DNA of 63,435 nucleotides, the filler included, from Octopus bimaculoides (taxonomy: Eukaryota), in the NCBI RefSeq assembly GCF_001194135.2. It is 5 parts of 4 records of this genome, joined end to end, with 100 filler letters (N's around TTAATTAATTAA, not from the genome) between each part and the next. Parts side by side here need not be neighbours in the genome. Positions count along the whole stretch, not along the records: positions 30,273 to 54,869 come from NC_068985.1; positions 54,970 to 62,276 come from NC_068995.1; positions 62,377 to 63,435 come from NW_026411077.1; 2 more parts are not named here. One strand, given 5' to 3'. Positions 49,983 through 63,435 of the stretch are shown in pieces; the stretch's first letter is position 1; each line of letters begins with the position of its first letter. Both the position numbers and the translations under genes were made by a program. The notes beneath the pieces were generated by a model. That model was not told the DNA's origin. It saw only the letters and a program-made list of their open reading frames with translations, and did not search any database.

Positions 49983-49996
49983 TATTATTATTATTA

Positions 49997-50084
<88 letters not shown>

Positions 50085-50089
<5 letters not shown>

Positions 50090-53000
50090 TTTTCATTATC
50101 ATCGTTCAATTGTTTCCATTTCTTGCCGAGTGTCTGCCTGACACCTAGAGTAGTGAAACTTGCTGCAGATATCGGTAGACCATTAAAATAAGCACATAAT
50201 TGTCCATTTACACAATCATATGGCAGAGAAAAAGGGAAAGAAAGACAGAAAGAAAAGTAAACAAATAAAATAAAAGGGAAAGTGAAAGTAAATTCACAGC
50301 GGCAACTCTCTTCTCAATATGTGTGACGTACCAGTTAAGGCAATTGTTTGCACATCTTGTATGGATGATAAGCCAGGGATCATTCTTAAATAATCTTTCA
50401 GTTCTTTTTTTGATCCTTCCAAGTGCTCCTGCAATCATTCGTACTGTAACCGGATTGAGATGCCACATCTTTTCGATTTCGATTAGCAAATCTTTATATT
50501 TCCTGAGCTTATCAAATTCTTTTGGTGAGATATTATGGTCACAAGGTATGCTCATGTCAATCAATAAACAGACTTTATCGTTTTGGTCTTCCACAACAAT
50601 ATCTGTTTTTAAAAAGTTTTGTGTCTTTTATTTATTTATTTATCATTATTATTTTTATTTTTTGCTATTATGGTCTGGTCTGTACATACTGGGAAGTCCC
50701 AAATAATAGTTACATTTTCTCCCTCATTTACAGCCTTAGGGTGATGCTTGTAATTTTTGCTAGCAGTTTTGATTATATAATGCCAACACATTATCCAGTG
50801 TTGATATTGGCCAACTCAGTCATATCTTGATTTTTACTCTACTGGTGCTAACTTAACCGTACATCCAGTTATTAGGTGGTCCATTTTTTTATCCCATCGT
50901 TACAGTATCGGCACTTTGGGTCTACACCGTTTTTCATCACATTGTGCAGCTAAGATAAAGCCTTTACTTTCTTAGCTCTGAACTCCGTAGCCACTGATAG
51001 GTGTGCTTCTGGTCAATATGAGCTTGTTTGCTGCGGGACACATATTTGCCATGCAGAAGCTTTTGCTCCCACCTATCAGCCAATCGTTCAAATGTATTTT
51101 GCCTTGCTATTGATTTAAACTTCTTTGCAACTAAAGTTGCTGCACTTACGTCTTTCTTACGTCTTTCATGGTTTTCAACGAGATTTAGCATCCAGTCGTT
51201 AGAGGTTTCAAGATATTTCGCCAGTCCAACTGGGGTGGTTTTGTAGGAGATTTCAAATTGGATCACGCCTCGACCACTTTGAATTCTGGGTAGGTAAAGA
51301 AGAGCTGTGTCTGCCTTTGGGTGGTGCATCCTATTGCAAGTCAATAGCCTATAGATTTTCCTGTCAAATTTACCTTATTCTTCTCGTATTCCAGTTCAAC
51401 ACATTGAAACAGTCAATAACAACCGGAACTGCCAATGAATGTATAGCTAACACCTTGTTGCGTGCATTAAACTCTGATTTTAGGACTGCTCGAATTCTCC
51501 TCATACACTCCTTCCTGATATTCTCTTTCATACTTGCATGCTGCATGCCAGGTCCCTCATTTATTCTGAGGTATTCGTAAGTTTGTTCCTACTCGAGTTC
51601 TCTTATGACTGTCTCAACATCCAACTCAACAAAATGTGAGGTCTTCAATTTCCCTTCTGGAAAGTGGCCTTGGCACATTTATCAAGACCAAATTCCATCT
51701 CCATGTCATCACTGAATGATGTCACAGTACGTAGTAATCCTTCAAGTTCATTATCGTCTTTCCCATAGAGTTTTCAGTTATTCATATAAAAGAGAGGGTT
51801 TATTTTTTCGCCGCCAATTTTATATCCATACTCTGTTATGTTAAGTTCACTTGTAGAGGTATTAGAGGAATGCAGAAAATTAAAGATGAATGTGAGTCAC
51901 CTTGGAAAATGCCGCAGTTGATATTAATAATTTGTGTGGTTAGTACTCCATTTGAGTGGTATAGTTAGAGATTTGTATTCCACATTGACATCCTGTACTT
52001 CAGGAAGTTTGAAATCACAGGAAAAATTTCGAAGATATCCAGCGATTACAAAATCCATGAATGCGGTATGCTGTCGGAGTCCTTTTTATAACCAATCCAC
52101 GCAGAACTGTGATTTCTGCGTTTGTTATGACAGTTTTCAAGGATTATGCGATTGATTAAGAGTTGGTATTTGCATCCATATGAGCCTTGTCGGTATCCGT
52201 TTTGTTCAGTGGGGAAAATATCTTTCTGTTCCATAAATTTGTATGTTAATTTAGTACCAGTAAAATACACAAAAGTTGTATACGTGGTAGATAGGTTTGG
52301 TTTCATTATTCTTCGGGAGTAGGTAAGTAATGCCTCTTGCTAACCAATGAGGTGTTTTCGTAGGATCTCTCATAATATCATTGAAGAACTGGATTAACTT
52401 TTGTGTGTGCACGGGAGTGAGGCGAGCCAGAAATTTGGCACCCTATCATTGGCAGGGGATTCCCATTTATGAGCCTTCGTGAGTGTCATTTTTAGGTCTG
52501 TTATTGTGATGTCTTCCCATGCCTGTTCTGCTAAGATTTTGGTAGGATCCTACTGTGCATCTAATCTAGTCTGCGTTTTGATTGGATGTCTTTCCATCAC
52601 TCCAGATATTTTCCAGAAGTTCTCAACTTCTTCCATGGCAGTGGTGTATTCAACGGTTATTTTCTCATCTATTCCTCGGTGAAATGTTTTCGCATTGGTT
52701 GTGAATATCTTATTTTGCTTTTAAATTTTGTTTCTTTTCTCAAATCGTCGTATTCTTTGAGCTTTTTCTTGGATTTTTTGTTGCAGTGTTTCTTTTGTTG
52801 AAAGCAGTTCTTCTCTTGGTGAGAATCTATGTTTTCTCTTCATCTTTCTTCCTTTTCTGGCTTTTACATCGTTTCTACAGACTAGTTCATTCAATATTCA
52901 TATTTCACCTCTCCTTATTTCAATCTCTTTTTGCAATTTTAATTTTCAAGTTTGGAATTCTTCTCAGGTTTGTATTTCTTTGGTTTTTTTTCAGAGGTAT

Positions 53001-53715
53001 ACTATTGGTTTCGATTGTTTTAGCAGCTGTGTAAATAATTTCATTTAATTCAGTGACATCTTGTTTTAGTTCTTGTATATTTTCTTTGTTACATAGTTTA
53101 CAATTTTAATTTATTTTCTATTTTGGATTATATTTGAGAGCTTATGATGTGGTTCTCTAACATACATATTATTCATGATTTTTTCTGCTTCAGTTCTATC
53201 ATGGACTTTCTGTTCATCAGTGAGTGTGTAGTCTTCAAATATTGTTTCTTTACCACTTCCCTTGTTACCTTTATCAGGTTCATTACAATTTATATTTCCA
53301 GCCGTTTGCGCGTTCTGTCAGATGGCAGTCTTTCAACTGAGACTTGTGGAGAGTTGCTCTCTTCGTCTGGTTCTTCATTTTCTTTCTGTCTTATATTTAG
53401 GTAATTTTTCATTGCATGCTTGATCGCGGTTATTTCACTATCTGTGATTCTTTTATTTCTGAAGATATCCTTCCTAACATTTGCTAACTTGTTTCCGTCC
53501 ATATATAGTCCATCTGTCTTGAATTCTTGTTCTTCATATTTGATGAGTGTGCGGCGTGTTTCTGTTCAGATGGCCTGCGTAATACATAGTAATAGGAGTA
53601 TATTACTTCTGTATACACCTTTCGGGTTCATTTGATCCTCTTATATAGTTCGTCTTCTCTTGTGAGTGTGGTGGTGGACTTGGAAGGCTCGAGTTAGGGA
53701 AGTTTCCCTTCAAGT
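50085..53715 (-). mobile_element. Near-full-length defective R4/Dong-like non-LTR retrotransposon (RT, CCHC, RLE endonuclease)
   Basis: N-term NKLANVRKDI; RT motifs QNGYRQGSYGCKYQL, GIFQGDS, FYMNN (decayed YMDD), EFGLDKCAK; LYLPR..GRG; CRYC..HLITGC; RLE LLIDMSIP..KYKDL..EIEKMW..GALG. Many stops and frameshifts; (TAC)n(TAA)n at the 3' end. Confidence 0.9.
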
Positions 53716-53872
53716 AATCATACAGGTCCGTATTCAGAGAAGCGTATATGCCAGTGGATGACTTTTCGATCCCACTGCATGGACCCTAAATAAGCTACGT
53801 ATTTAATTTGAAAGAAATCGTGTGAAGTTTTATCGATGCACACATACAGACACACAGACACACATATTCTTA

Positions 53873-53914
<42 letters not shown>

Positions 53915-54829
53915 GACATATATATACACACATACATACGTACATACATGCATACATACATATTAGAAATTACTTATGCACTGCGTTTATTGTAGCTGTT
54001 TCATGCTCATCCGCTCTGCGTGGACATTTCAAATTACATTACAGAAAGACTGAAAAATCCACTGTTGAAATTTTCGTCTCCGCTCGAAGCTTAATAGTCT
54101 GGGTGATACGACAGGATACCAATTCAGTTATTTAATACCACACCTCAACTGTCTCAATTCAGATCCAACAATTTAACTCCGACTTACATCCCGCTGGGAA
54201 GCTTTAAACATATAGAATGTTTGTGAACATTTATATTCAGCTATTATATTTCTCTCCTACATGAGCAAATCTAAAATTAATATTCGTCATCAGAATACAA
54301 TTTCATCAATATCTCTGGCGTTTCATATAAACATTTGAAATGGAAAAATCAGATATGCATGTTATGAAATTGCGTAGTTAGAAGAGAAAATAAACTTTAG
54401 CATTTGGCACACAATATAACATAAAAGATTTTCCTGAATAGTTGGAGAACTGGAATTCTGTTTTGTATCATTCTCTTTTGAACTATAATCAAAACCAAAG
54501 CTGTCGGGAAGAGATTTCGTACATAATATCTTTTCAGTCTTTTTTCTTTTAATGTGGTCAGACTGCGGCCATACTGTGCCGCTGTCTTCGAAGCTTTCAG
54601 ACGATCGTATCTACCTTGTTCCTCCATTCCAGAACATATTTCATTGATTTGCTAAGTTAATCATTTCTTTAATTTTATTATGTTTATTTTTAGTTAAGAA
54701 CTATTTTCTATCCATTGACGTTGTGCTGAATCTAATTGATAATTATGTCCCCAGACACAAACACACACACACACACATATATGCATAGATACGTATATGC
54801 ATGCATATATATTTATATATATATATATA

Positions 54830-54864
<35 letters not shown>

Positions 54865-54869
54865 TTATA

Positions 54870-54969
54870 NNNNNNNNNNNNNNNNNNNNNNNNNNNNNNN
54901 NNNNNNNNNNNNNTTAATTAATTAANNNNNNNNNNNNNNNNNNNNNNNNNNNNNNNNNNNNNNNNNNNN
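54870..54969. other. Artificial scaffold spacer N44-TTAATTAATTAA-N44
   Basis: Same structure as 17177-17276. Confidence 0.95.
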
Positions 54970-55968
54970 TATATATATATATATAATGAGTTATTTTGGT
55001 ATAAATTTTGTATAAATCTTTGTGACGCGGGATTATCATTATTATATATTAAAAACAAAGCGAAGAATTGGTAGAGACGTTTGACTTTGACGATATGGAA
55101 GAAATGATTTGTCGTATTCTCCCGGTTCTTTATATTTGGAGTATAAATCCTGTCGATGTTAACTTCGCCTTTCATTCCTCTGATGTAGATAAGGAGAAAA
55201 AAAAAAACAGAAACAGACAAGTAGAGAGGTCGACAGTATTGACTCAACCTTCTTCCATAAAAGTTGCTAGCCTCCTTCTAAAAGACTTTCATTCTATCGG
55301 AGAGACGGATATGGTACAACAACAAACTGTTGTGTGTATAAAATGCAAGATCAGGCATCTAGTTCTAATATTCCAATTGGAAATATTTCGATGCAGTTGT
55401 AAATAACTATTTCAGAATAGTTTTTAGTGGATTTCTCTGACATAGATTAAATATAGTTAAAATTTCGCATCTGTTAATGTTGAATTGAGGTTTCCATTTT
55501 CTAAAAATACCATTAACTAAAAATCATCTGATAATATTCAATGCCAGATAATTAATGATGAGGAGCATTGTGAATTGATTTGCTGCCAGAATTTAGCGGG
55601 TATTTATTTTAAGAAAATCCAGTGTCTAGGTTTTGAAAACAAAACAAAAAGTTAACAGCGATTTTAACGCTGAATGCATAGAGTTTCAAATAAATACTAG
55701 AAGCTATTAAATTTGCTTGCCTAAATAATATGACATTACAGTGCTTTCCATTAAGAATGAAAAATATTTCTTACATTAGCACAAAGTTAGAAATGTTGTG
55801 GCGGGCACAGCCTATTAAAATTTACTTCAGAATTTTAATTGCACTAATTTTATTGATCTCTGAAAGTAACGTAAGTCAGGTATTATGTTTCGGGTTCGTC
55901 TCTGATCTTAAATATTCAACAAAAATATTGCAAGGTACTTTGAATATCATTCTCTCTCACAATCTCCC

Positions 55969-56001
<33 letters not shown>

Positions 56002-57428
56002 ATCTCTATCTATCTCTTTCGCTGTCTCATCCTTTCTCTTTCTCTCCCCCTCTCACTTTCAAGCAAATGATCGTACAAAATTGATTATATTTCGAAGCCT
56101 CTGTATCAATAATAAATGAGCAACAGTTGTGAGTGATGCAGACAAAACAAAAAATAAAAACAAAAAAAAAAACAGAATGTCGCTTCAACGTTTTATATCA
56201 AGTTCGTTCGAAACTAATGTTCTTGATACCACATTTTCCAGACACTCCTTCCGTCTCCAAAATGTAAGGCTCTTATGTTGACACAAAAGAAAAGAAACCA
56301 ATAATTTATTTATTAGAAAACAATTTCTATGTTATCAACGTATGAAATTATGTCTACATTTATTGTACGAGTGTTCTAATTTGATAGTTTCGATAGCCAT
56401 TTACAAAGGCTACTTTCAATTCAGGAATTTAATATATATACACACATACATACACCATATACATGTATGTGTGTGTGATTCTCTGTATGTAGACCACATG
56501 TATGCGAAATCTCTTTCCGGACAATTCACATTTGCAACCCGGTCGTTAAAAGCAAACAATAATTGTAAAATTACTATAACGATGTCCATTTACTTTTGCT
56601 TTCAAAGAGGTTTTTTTTTTTTTTACTCAAATAAAGAAATTTTTTCTCATAACCGCTTTCTCTTCTATGTTTTGCATATGATATCGAACCTTATAGAAAT
56701 GATGGATTTTATTTGATAAAACTTACATTGTCTTAATTGCAAATCACGAAAAAAAAAATCATTTTTTGATACGGTTAATAACTGATATTGTAGTGAAAAA
56801 TTCGTCAAAACTACCGATCGAAATTCTTATTGATATTTGAGGCATACAATTCAAACTACCCTTAATTTTATTTTTTGATATGCCTTCCAATTACCGTTTC
56901 CTTTATCTTTGATCTAAACGGCTAGACCGTTAATATTTGAAATTCAAAACCTTTCTTCGACTTGAAAAAAAAAAAATGATTTTCCCCTCACACGTTAGTT
57001 ATTATTATGCGACACAAATATTTGTTTTGTTTTGCATTTTTTGCAGTTTATGTCGTTTTTGTTTCCTTTTTTTTAATGATCGGGGCAATACAGAGCTAAA
57101 TTAGTGCAGTTTGAGACCAGCTTGTTCCGATTTCAAAAGATATTACGGTCGATAAAATGGATATCAGTAGTATACTGGATTCGATTCGCTTAAGAGCGTT
57201 GATGCAGAGGTATAGATGAAATGATGGTTTATAACTGAATGATTGGACATGACGTATCGTTCCACCAGAACTGCACAGAACCCCAATGGAAATCACTAAA
57301 CTCTCAGCATGCCACTCGAACTCAATGTAAATATGTTGGCGTAGGTTGGCACACATTTCTGATTTAATCAGCAGGTGCAATGGCAAAATTTCGTTCGCTA
57401 CTTTCATTAAGTTATGTTGCCATAACAG

Positions 57429-57459
<31 letters not shown>

Positions 57460-60326
57460 TACAATATATTGTCTTCTATGTTATTCCAACAGGTTACCAT
57501 AGTATTTGAAATGCACCATAGATTCTTCAGCATGTTAACCGATAAAGCAATCTTTTAAGTGCTTGCAAGACCGACTAGAAATAGTGGCCTAAATTCCCCC
57601 TGATCTCACTCTACCTTTGAAAGATAAAGAACACATAGTCCTGTATCTACGGAAATTTCGGTTAATCAATCCCGGAATGCTTTGATCATCGATCTGTAAG
57701 GTTAGTGCTAAATTGGATGTAAATAAAACAATTGCAAATTCCTCGTGCTATAGTTAGGTAATTTTTCAATGTATGTTTAATATTAACACATAAAGGCTGA
57801 AGTCGAATACGTTCTCTGTATTCCTTCCTTTCTTGATACTTAACAAAAGATGGGGATGGAAGGATGCCGCCTGAAATATGGCGTGATGTGAGCGCTTTAA
57901 ACCTAACGGAATATATCTATCTCGAGTAATTAAAAAACAATTCCTTCCGAAGAGAAAGAAAGAGAGGTAGTAAATGAGAAAGAGAATATATGATTGTAGA
58001 ACAAGCAGGGTGGTATTTATTTATCGATTCTAACATAATAAAAGAGAAAGTTAATCTCAGTATTATTTGAACCCTGATAGCCAGAATGACTCAAACCAAG
58101 TATTTTGCTTTGTGCTTTAAGGAATCTACGTAGTCGCCACTTTATCATATAAACACCCAATGTCAAATGGATTTTACATAAATGTAGGTAAAGTAAGAAT
58201 AAAACCTTGTGATTCTTGTGTATCATTGCTAGAGTCCCTAATACCTACGGAAATGAATTAGTTCAACACGGAAGGGCTTATAACATAATGTATGTTATCA
58301 TCAAAGTAGGGAGTGTTGTGAAGGTGAGCGTGCCTTTGGGAATGGTAATGTTTGCACAATGGAACGTTACAAAAGTTATATCGCTTGATTTCCAGTTCGG
58401 CGATGATAGCTACTTATTGAGAAAATCATGGCCTTCGAGGATGTTCCACTCAAATGTGCGAAAATTAATTTCGTGTGGGCCTTACATGTGTTTTGTCAAG
58501 TATGATACGAAATTATTGTGAGAAGAATTCTATCTTAGGAGAATAATTTCCTGGAATATATATTTGTGAATATTTTTTTCTGTAGAAATGCATAATTTAT
58601 CAGACAAAATTCCGTTTGGGAAAGAATTCATGTAGGTGCCTTTATTTATGCAAAACAGAATATATATAAATATCTAGAACAAAAATTAACAGATTTTCCC
58701 TCTTGCTGTTATAGTTGTTTAACCCCTATCCACTCAAAATCGAGGAAATTTATGATATAGCTCATTCCAATGGAATCCATTTTGTATTTTCCATCATCAA
58801 TACAAGAATCACATTATCTAATTTGTTAATTTTCTATGAAGGTGAGGTTTGATTTCAGGAATATTTTACTGTCATTTCTAGTTGTCTGAATGACAGCGGA
58901 CATACTTCATTATTGCTACAATGTCTTCATACAATTTGATAAGGAAGAATATAATATAAAGCTTATCCCATACAAAGCAATCAAATTTTCCAAATGTGAG
59001 TCCTGAATGCAGCTGCATATGTAAAAACTGTCAAACCACATAGAAGAATTCCCACAATAACACACGTTATGCATTAATTATTTTCAGACAAGAATTCATG
59101 GGGTGGCAACGTTAGCAACAGTTTTGGTTGATTATACTGAGCCTGGTTGAACCAGTCCTGAAAATATTGGTTTGAAATCGAGCAGGAACAGATGCTTCAA
59201 GGTATTTTTCATCTTCTTAGTAATTCTTGCACCCGACACACTAACCCCCGAAACACACAAACGTGTATAGGTGTGTGTGTGTGTTCTATTCAATGTTATC
59301 ATTTTAGGAGAAACTTTGACCTGCCACCTTCTTCGTGGCAAGGTTTTGAAGGAAAGTAGCTTCTTTTAACTGTCATGCTTTAAATCTTAAGAAAATCTTG
59401 AAGATTTTTATTGTTCCCGATATCGTGAAAATTCGTGGCACATGAATTGAGGATTTGAATTCTATATGCATCTATCTATCCATGCATGTATGTATGTATG
59501 TATGTATTATGTATGTACAAGCAAGTGAGGCTTTGGTCAACATAATACCATTTCGAAAGAAAGTTGTCGGGTAGAGGGATTAAATGCAGAACACAACAAT
59601 GGAATTGGGAAACAATCTCAAACACAGATGTACGTTTAAGAAAAGTGTGTGCTCGTAGATATGATAAGTCAATTAAACATCATATGACTTGGTCTTTTCA
59701 GAGATGGTGGCAAACAATGTAGAAAAAATGGCCGAAATAACTTCCAGTTAAAGGGGTGAATGCCAAATAAAAATGGAAACAAATTTTTACTTTTCCCCGT
59801 CAAGACACCAATAGCTTATCCTCGTGGCCACCACTACAACTTCGTCTAGAATAATCTATGCTGAAATATATTGATCGAACATAGAAGAGTAGTGTATAGC
59901 ATCGAAGCATCAGACTCATTTGTTATTGGAAATTCATAAATGTTAATGCAACATAATTCTGTAGACTTCATAGTTTTATGTGCTATCTATAATTACAATC
60001 ATCATTGTAGTTTCGTGATTCGTATGTGCATTCACACTCATAAAGTCACACAAACTCACTCATACATATCACACACACACGTTCACACACATACACACGC
60101 GGGTGTGTATGTGTTTTGTTAGTGTATTAATATATATGCCCATGATTGTGCATATGCATACACACACATATATATATACATGCATTTGCATATGGATAAA
60201 TGCGAATGTATATGCATGCATATATATATATTTAGTGTGTGTCTGTCAGTCTTTCTGTATGTATGTCTGTAATATTGTAGATAAGCACGTATCCGTGTGC
60301 AAATGCTTATGCATTTTTATGTTCAG

Positions 60327-60500
60327 AACACTTATAATGTAACGATCTCTGGTAGATTGAACACTATAATAAATAGGGAACCTCACGGAATAACTTTTGA
60401 TATTGTAGCGTCCACTCCTCAGCTTTCCAAGTTCAAATCTTTGTACGACGAACTCTTCTCCTGGGTCGATAAAACAATTCTTACTTTCCTCTTTCAAAAC
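60327..60500 (+). CDS. Possible coding exon (NTYNVTISGRLNTIINREPHGITFDIVASTPQLSKFKSLYDELFSWVDKTILTFLFQN)
   Basis: Acceptor gcatttttatgttcag, 174-nt open frame, donor AAC|gtatca. No recognisable homology. Confidence 0.25.
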
Positions 60501-61669
60501 GTATCATGGGGTGAACTAAATAGTTCTTATCGATAACTTTCTTGGTGTTTGAACAACAGGCCAAATCAAACTGTCCTTCATGTTTCTAAAACTGACAAAT
60601 TTTATGTGTGGGCTATTTAATTGCAGCATTAGCATGCCAAGTGACATTGGTGTGTTTCTTTCAACTATTCGTTGAAGGAGTACAAAATGCAATAGGGGGT
60701 AGACAATGTGAAATATCTTAGAATGCAAGAACCAATCAGAGGGTTTCTGTGTGGTTGAATAGCAGTCGAATTACCTTGAAATTCCAACTTACCGTTTAAA
60801 GACGAAAGGACATTGTGGATTTTATTTTCCTACATATCCAACCTAGAGATTGATGGATGAAATGTTTTTTTCCTCATTTGTTTGTGCAATCACAGTTTTT
60901 CTGGTTAAACAACAAAGCAGATCATATAAAGAACTTATGTGGCTGTTCAGCCTGCAAGAAATAGTAACGAAATCTCTATATAAGGTATTAAAAATTCCGT
61001 CATGTTTAATAAAATGTCCCTGGGCTCCTAACATATAGGAAGACTGTGCAATTTTTACACCTCGATTAGATCTTTTAAGGAAGTGTTCCAATAGTTAGTT
61101 TCTCAGTATTTGGAGTTGAAATTCACTTTGCTTTTTGTCCATCAGCGGACATTTGAAATAAAAAGAAAATAGGGTATATAACCAGGTCAACTCAGTTGAA
61201 TATAACCCTAATTACAATAAAATATTATGGTACGGCTTCTTTTTAGGTACAGCATTAATAAAACCAAACAATGTTTTTTTCACACACTGCCCATAGTATT
61301 CCTAACGCGACACGCACATTTCACATCATTGTAAATAGGAAACTTCATACCAATGTAATGAACCAAAGCTTAATAACGACTGTCATTAAATGAGAATAAG
61401 CTTAAAGTACAATGAGAGCTAGATTTTACATTAGGTTGGTAGAAAAAACAAAGACTACAATAAAATAGAATAAGTTTGTATGAAGTGAATAGATTTTTAA
61501 CATTTTCACAGAGGCCTCTCTCATGTCGCACAAACATATTAAGCTCAGATATAACTGAATTCGCAACAAATTCATATTCCCAACAGATGTAAAAAGATTT
61601 CAGCTTTCTTAAGTTGCAAATGATTTTTAAAAGAGAGCACAAGCGTTTTAAACACACAAACACACAAAC

Positions 61670-61707
<38 letters not shown>

Positions 61708-61807
61708 GTGTGTGTGGTCTTTTTTTTTTCTATCCGTCATGTGGCATGCCACTTTCTTTTCTCCTGCTGGTTTTCATCACGCGAAATAATAGTCAACTGT
61801 TCTTCTT

Positions 61808-61879
<72 letters not shown>

Positions 61880-62276
61880 CCTCTTTTTCTCTCCCTCCCT
61901 CTAACTCTCTGTCTCACTCACACACATACACATCTCATTCTCTTGCTAAAAATAGTCATTCATTCTTGAAGATAAAGCATAAGCATTTCGAATTTAGTTA
62001 AAGATCATTGTTCTGTAACACACTTTTGGAAAAGAATGCGTGTTGTTTGTCTATCATCAAATATATTCGGCTGTGAAGTAAATGCATAGAGTGAAAGTTC
62101 AAATCTAGTTAAAGTTAAACGTTCTATATCGTTGTTTCTTTTTTATTATTCTTACCGTCTTTTGGAGACGAATGTTTGGATAAAAGAACTTTGCGGAAGC
62201 AAAATATTTTAAATATTAATGAAGGCATTTAATCTTGGCGGGTGTAGATATTTCTGCTGCTTTATTTTATTCGACG

Positions 62277-62376
62277 NNNNNNNNNNNNNNNNNNNNNNNN
62301 NNNNNNNNNNNNNNNNNNNNTTAATTAATTAANNNNNNNNNNNNNNNNNNNNNNNNNNNNNNNNNNNNNNNNNNNN
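62277..62376. other. Artificial scaffold spacer N44-TTAATTAATTAA-N44
   Basis: Same structure as 17177-17276. Confidence 0.95.
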
Positions 62377-62543
62377 CTGTATCCTCCTGGGTTTGGTTAA
62401 ATCCAATACCCTCCTCAACCTTACATGACTGGAACAAGTAAAAGAGTAAAAGTGTAAAAGAGTAAAAGAGTAAAAGAGTAAATAAGCCCTTCCAGAAAAA
62501 AAATCGGTAGTAGCCAGCCATTATATATTGCCCAGTAGCCGGT

Positions 62544-63010
62544 TGCGAAATTTTTTTCGTACGAGAGTTCCGGACCCCAGCCAATCAGAGCTCACCTTGA
62601 CCTTGTTGTCAAGTTAACAAACACACTCTACCAAGTAAACTCAAGATGAAGAGCGGTGTTGCAAGTCGACCGATCGCCAAGTTATGCCTGATTTTAGGGG
62701 ACAAGTAATTATCGGGTTTTTTGGGGGCCCCATATGGTAAAGATGTGGGTGGGTAGAGGGTGATATGCTAGCAAACCTGTCCCCTTTCTGTCTTAAAAAG
62801 TAAACAGCAACACAAATAACTACGCAGGGGCAGCCATGGTTGGAACAAGAACAAGAAGCAAGCGAAAAGAAGCACGGTCATTCTTTAACCAAGTGACCTT
62901 CACTCGTTATGCGCTCATAATAAGTTAGTTTAATAGTTGAGTTCTGATTGGCTGTCTGCAAATGAATTCATAATTGGGGTCCGGAACTCTCGTAGGAGAA
63001 AAATTTCGCA
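62544..63010. mobile_element. Non-autonomous TIR element of about 470 bp
   Basis: TGCGAAATTTTTTTCGTACGAGAGTTCCGGACCCCA versus TGGGGTCCGGAACTCTCGTAGGAGAAAAATTTCGCA, plus subterminal GCCAATCAGA/TCTGATTGGC. Confidence 0.8.
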
Positions 63011-63361
63011 GAAGAAGGTCGAGAGGAGGTGTTGATTTATTTAACTGTGTCAGTGTTAATTGTTCAGAATGTAAAATAATTTAAAGATACTATTGTGTCT
63101 TCTTAAGTGTTATCTGTATTGTTCGTGAACCAGGATGTATATGTTGTTTGCAGCTAATTGCGTCGCTGTGGTGTGAGATAAGCTGTTCTAATTGGGGGGG
63201 CATACCTCGAAAGAAGAATTACTGAATTTAGCAGTTCAAGGAAAATATCTACCGTTGACGCATCGTGCTATTTTTGACAGCGCACACTGGACAAACTTCC
63301 TTGAGAGGACCGATGTCTCAGTATACGCAACACTTAAATCTCATCACCGCTTTGCACCACT

Positions 63362-63435
63362 ATGGCGTGGCTGTGTGGTAAGAAGCTTACTTTCCAACCG
63401 CATGGTTCTCGGTTCAGCCCCCACTGCGTGGCACC
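63362..63435 (+). mobile_element. SINE family A head, cut by the window end
   Basis: GGCGTGGCTGTGTGGTAAGAAGCTT..GGTTCAGCCCCCACTGCGTGGCACC. Confidence 0.85.

Overview
AT-rich, microsatellite-saturated eukaryotic DNA, most likely an octopod cephalopod (inferred from the tRNA-derived SINE families and the repeat density). The window is at least five assembly pieces joined by artificial 100-bp spacers (N44-TTAATTAATTAA-N44), with many further N gaps. Nearly all ORFs in the supplied track are artefacts of (TA)n/(CA)n repeats, N runs or decayed transposons. Most of the sequence is transposon debris: three SINE families, RTE LINE fragments, a near-full-length R4/Dong-like RLE retrotransposon, a Penelope-like fragment, mariner, maT and hATm relics, and several MITE or foldback elements. 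The best host-gene signal is absent from the ORF track: five small + strand exons (3580-10124) with canonical splice sites that join in frame into a WD40-like then helical peptide I cannot name. Other points of interest are a palindrome centred on a minimal hammerhead-ribozyme-like core (28.9 kb), a pre-miRNA-shaped hairpin (39.0 kb), a bipartite RTE-derived short element (21.5 kb), three copies of an ORF1/gag-like module (42.5-45.4 kb), a (TAA)n-anchored retroelement nest (48.4-53.7 kb) and an apparent CpG-content step near 17.2 kb. I found no clear evidence of a wholly new multi-gene system. All alignments and translations were done by eye.
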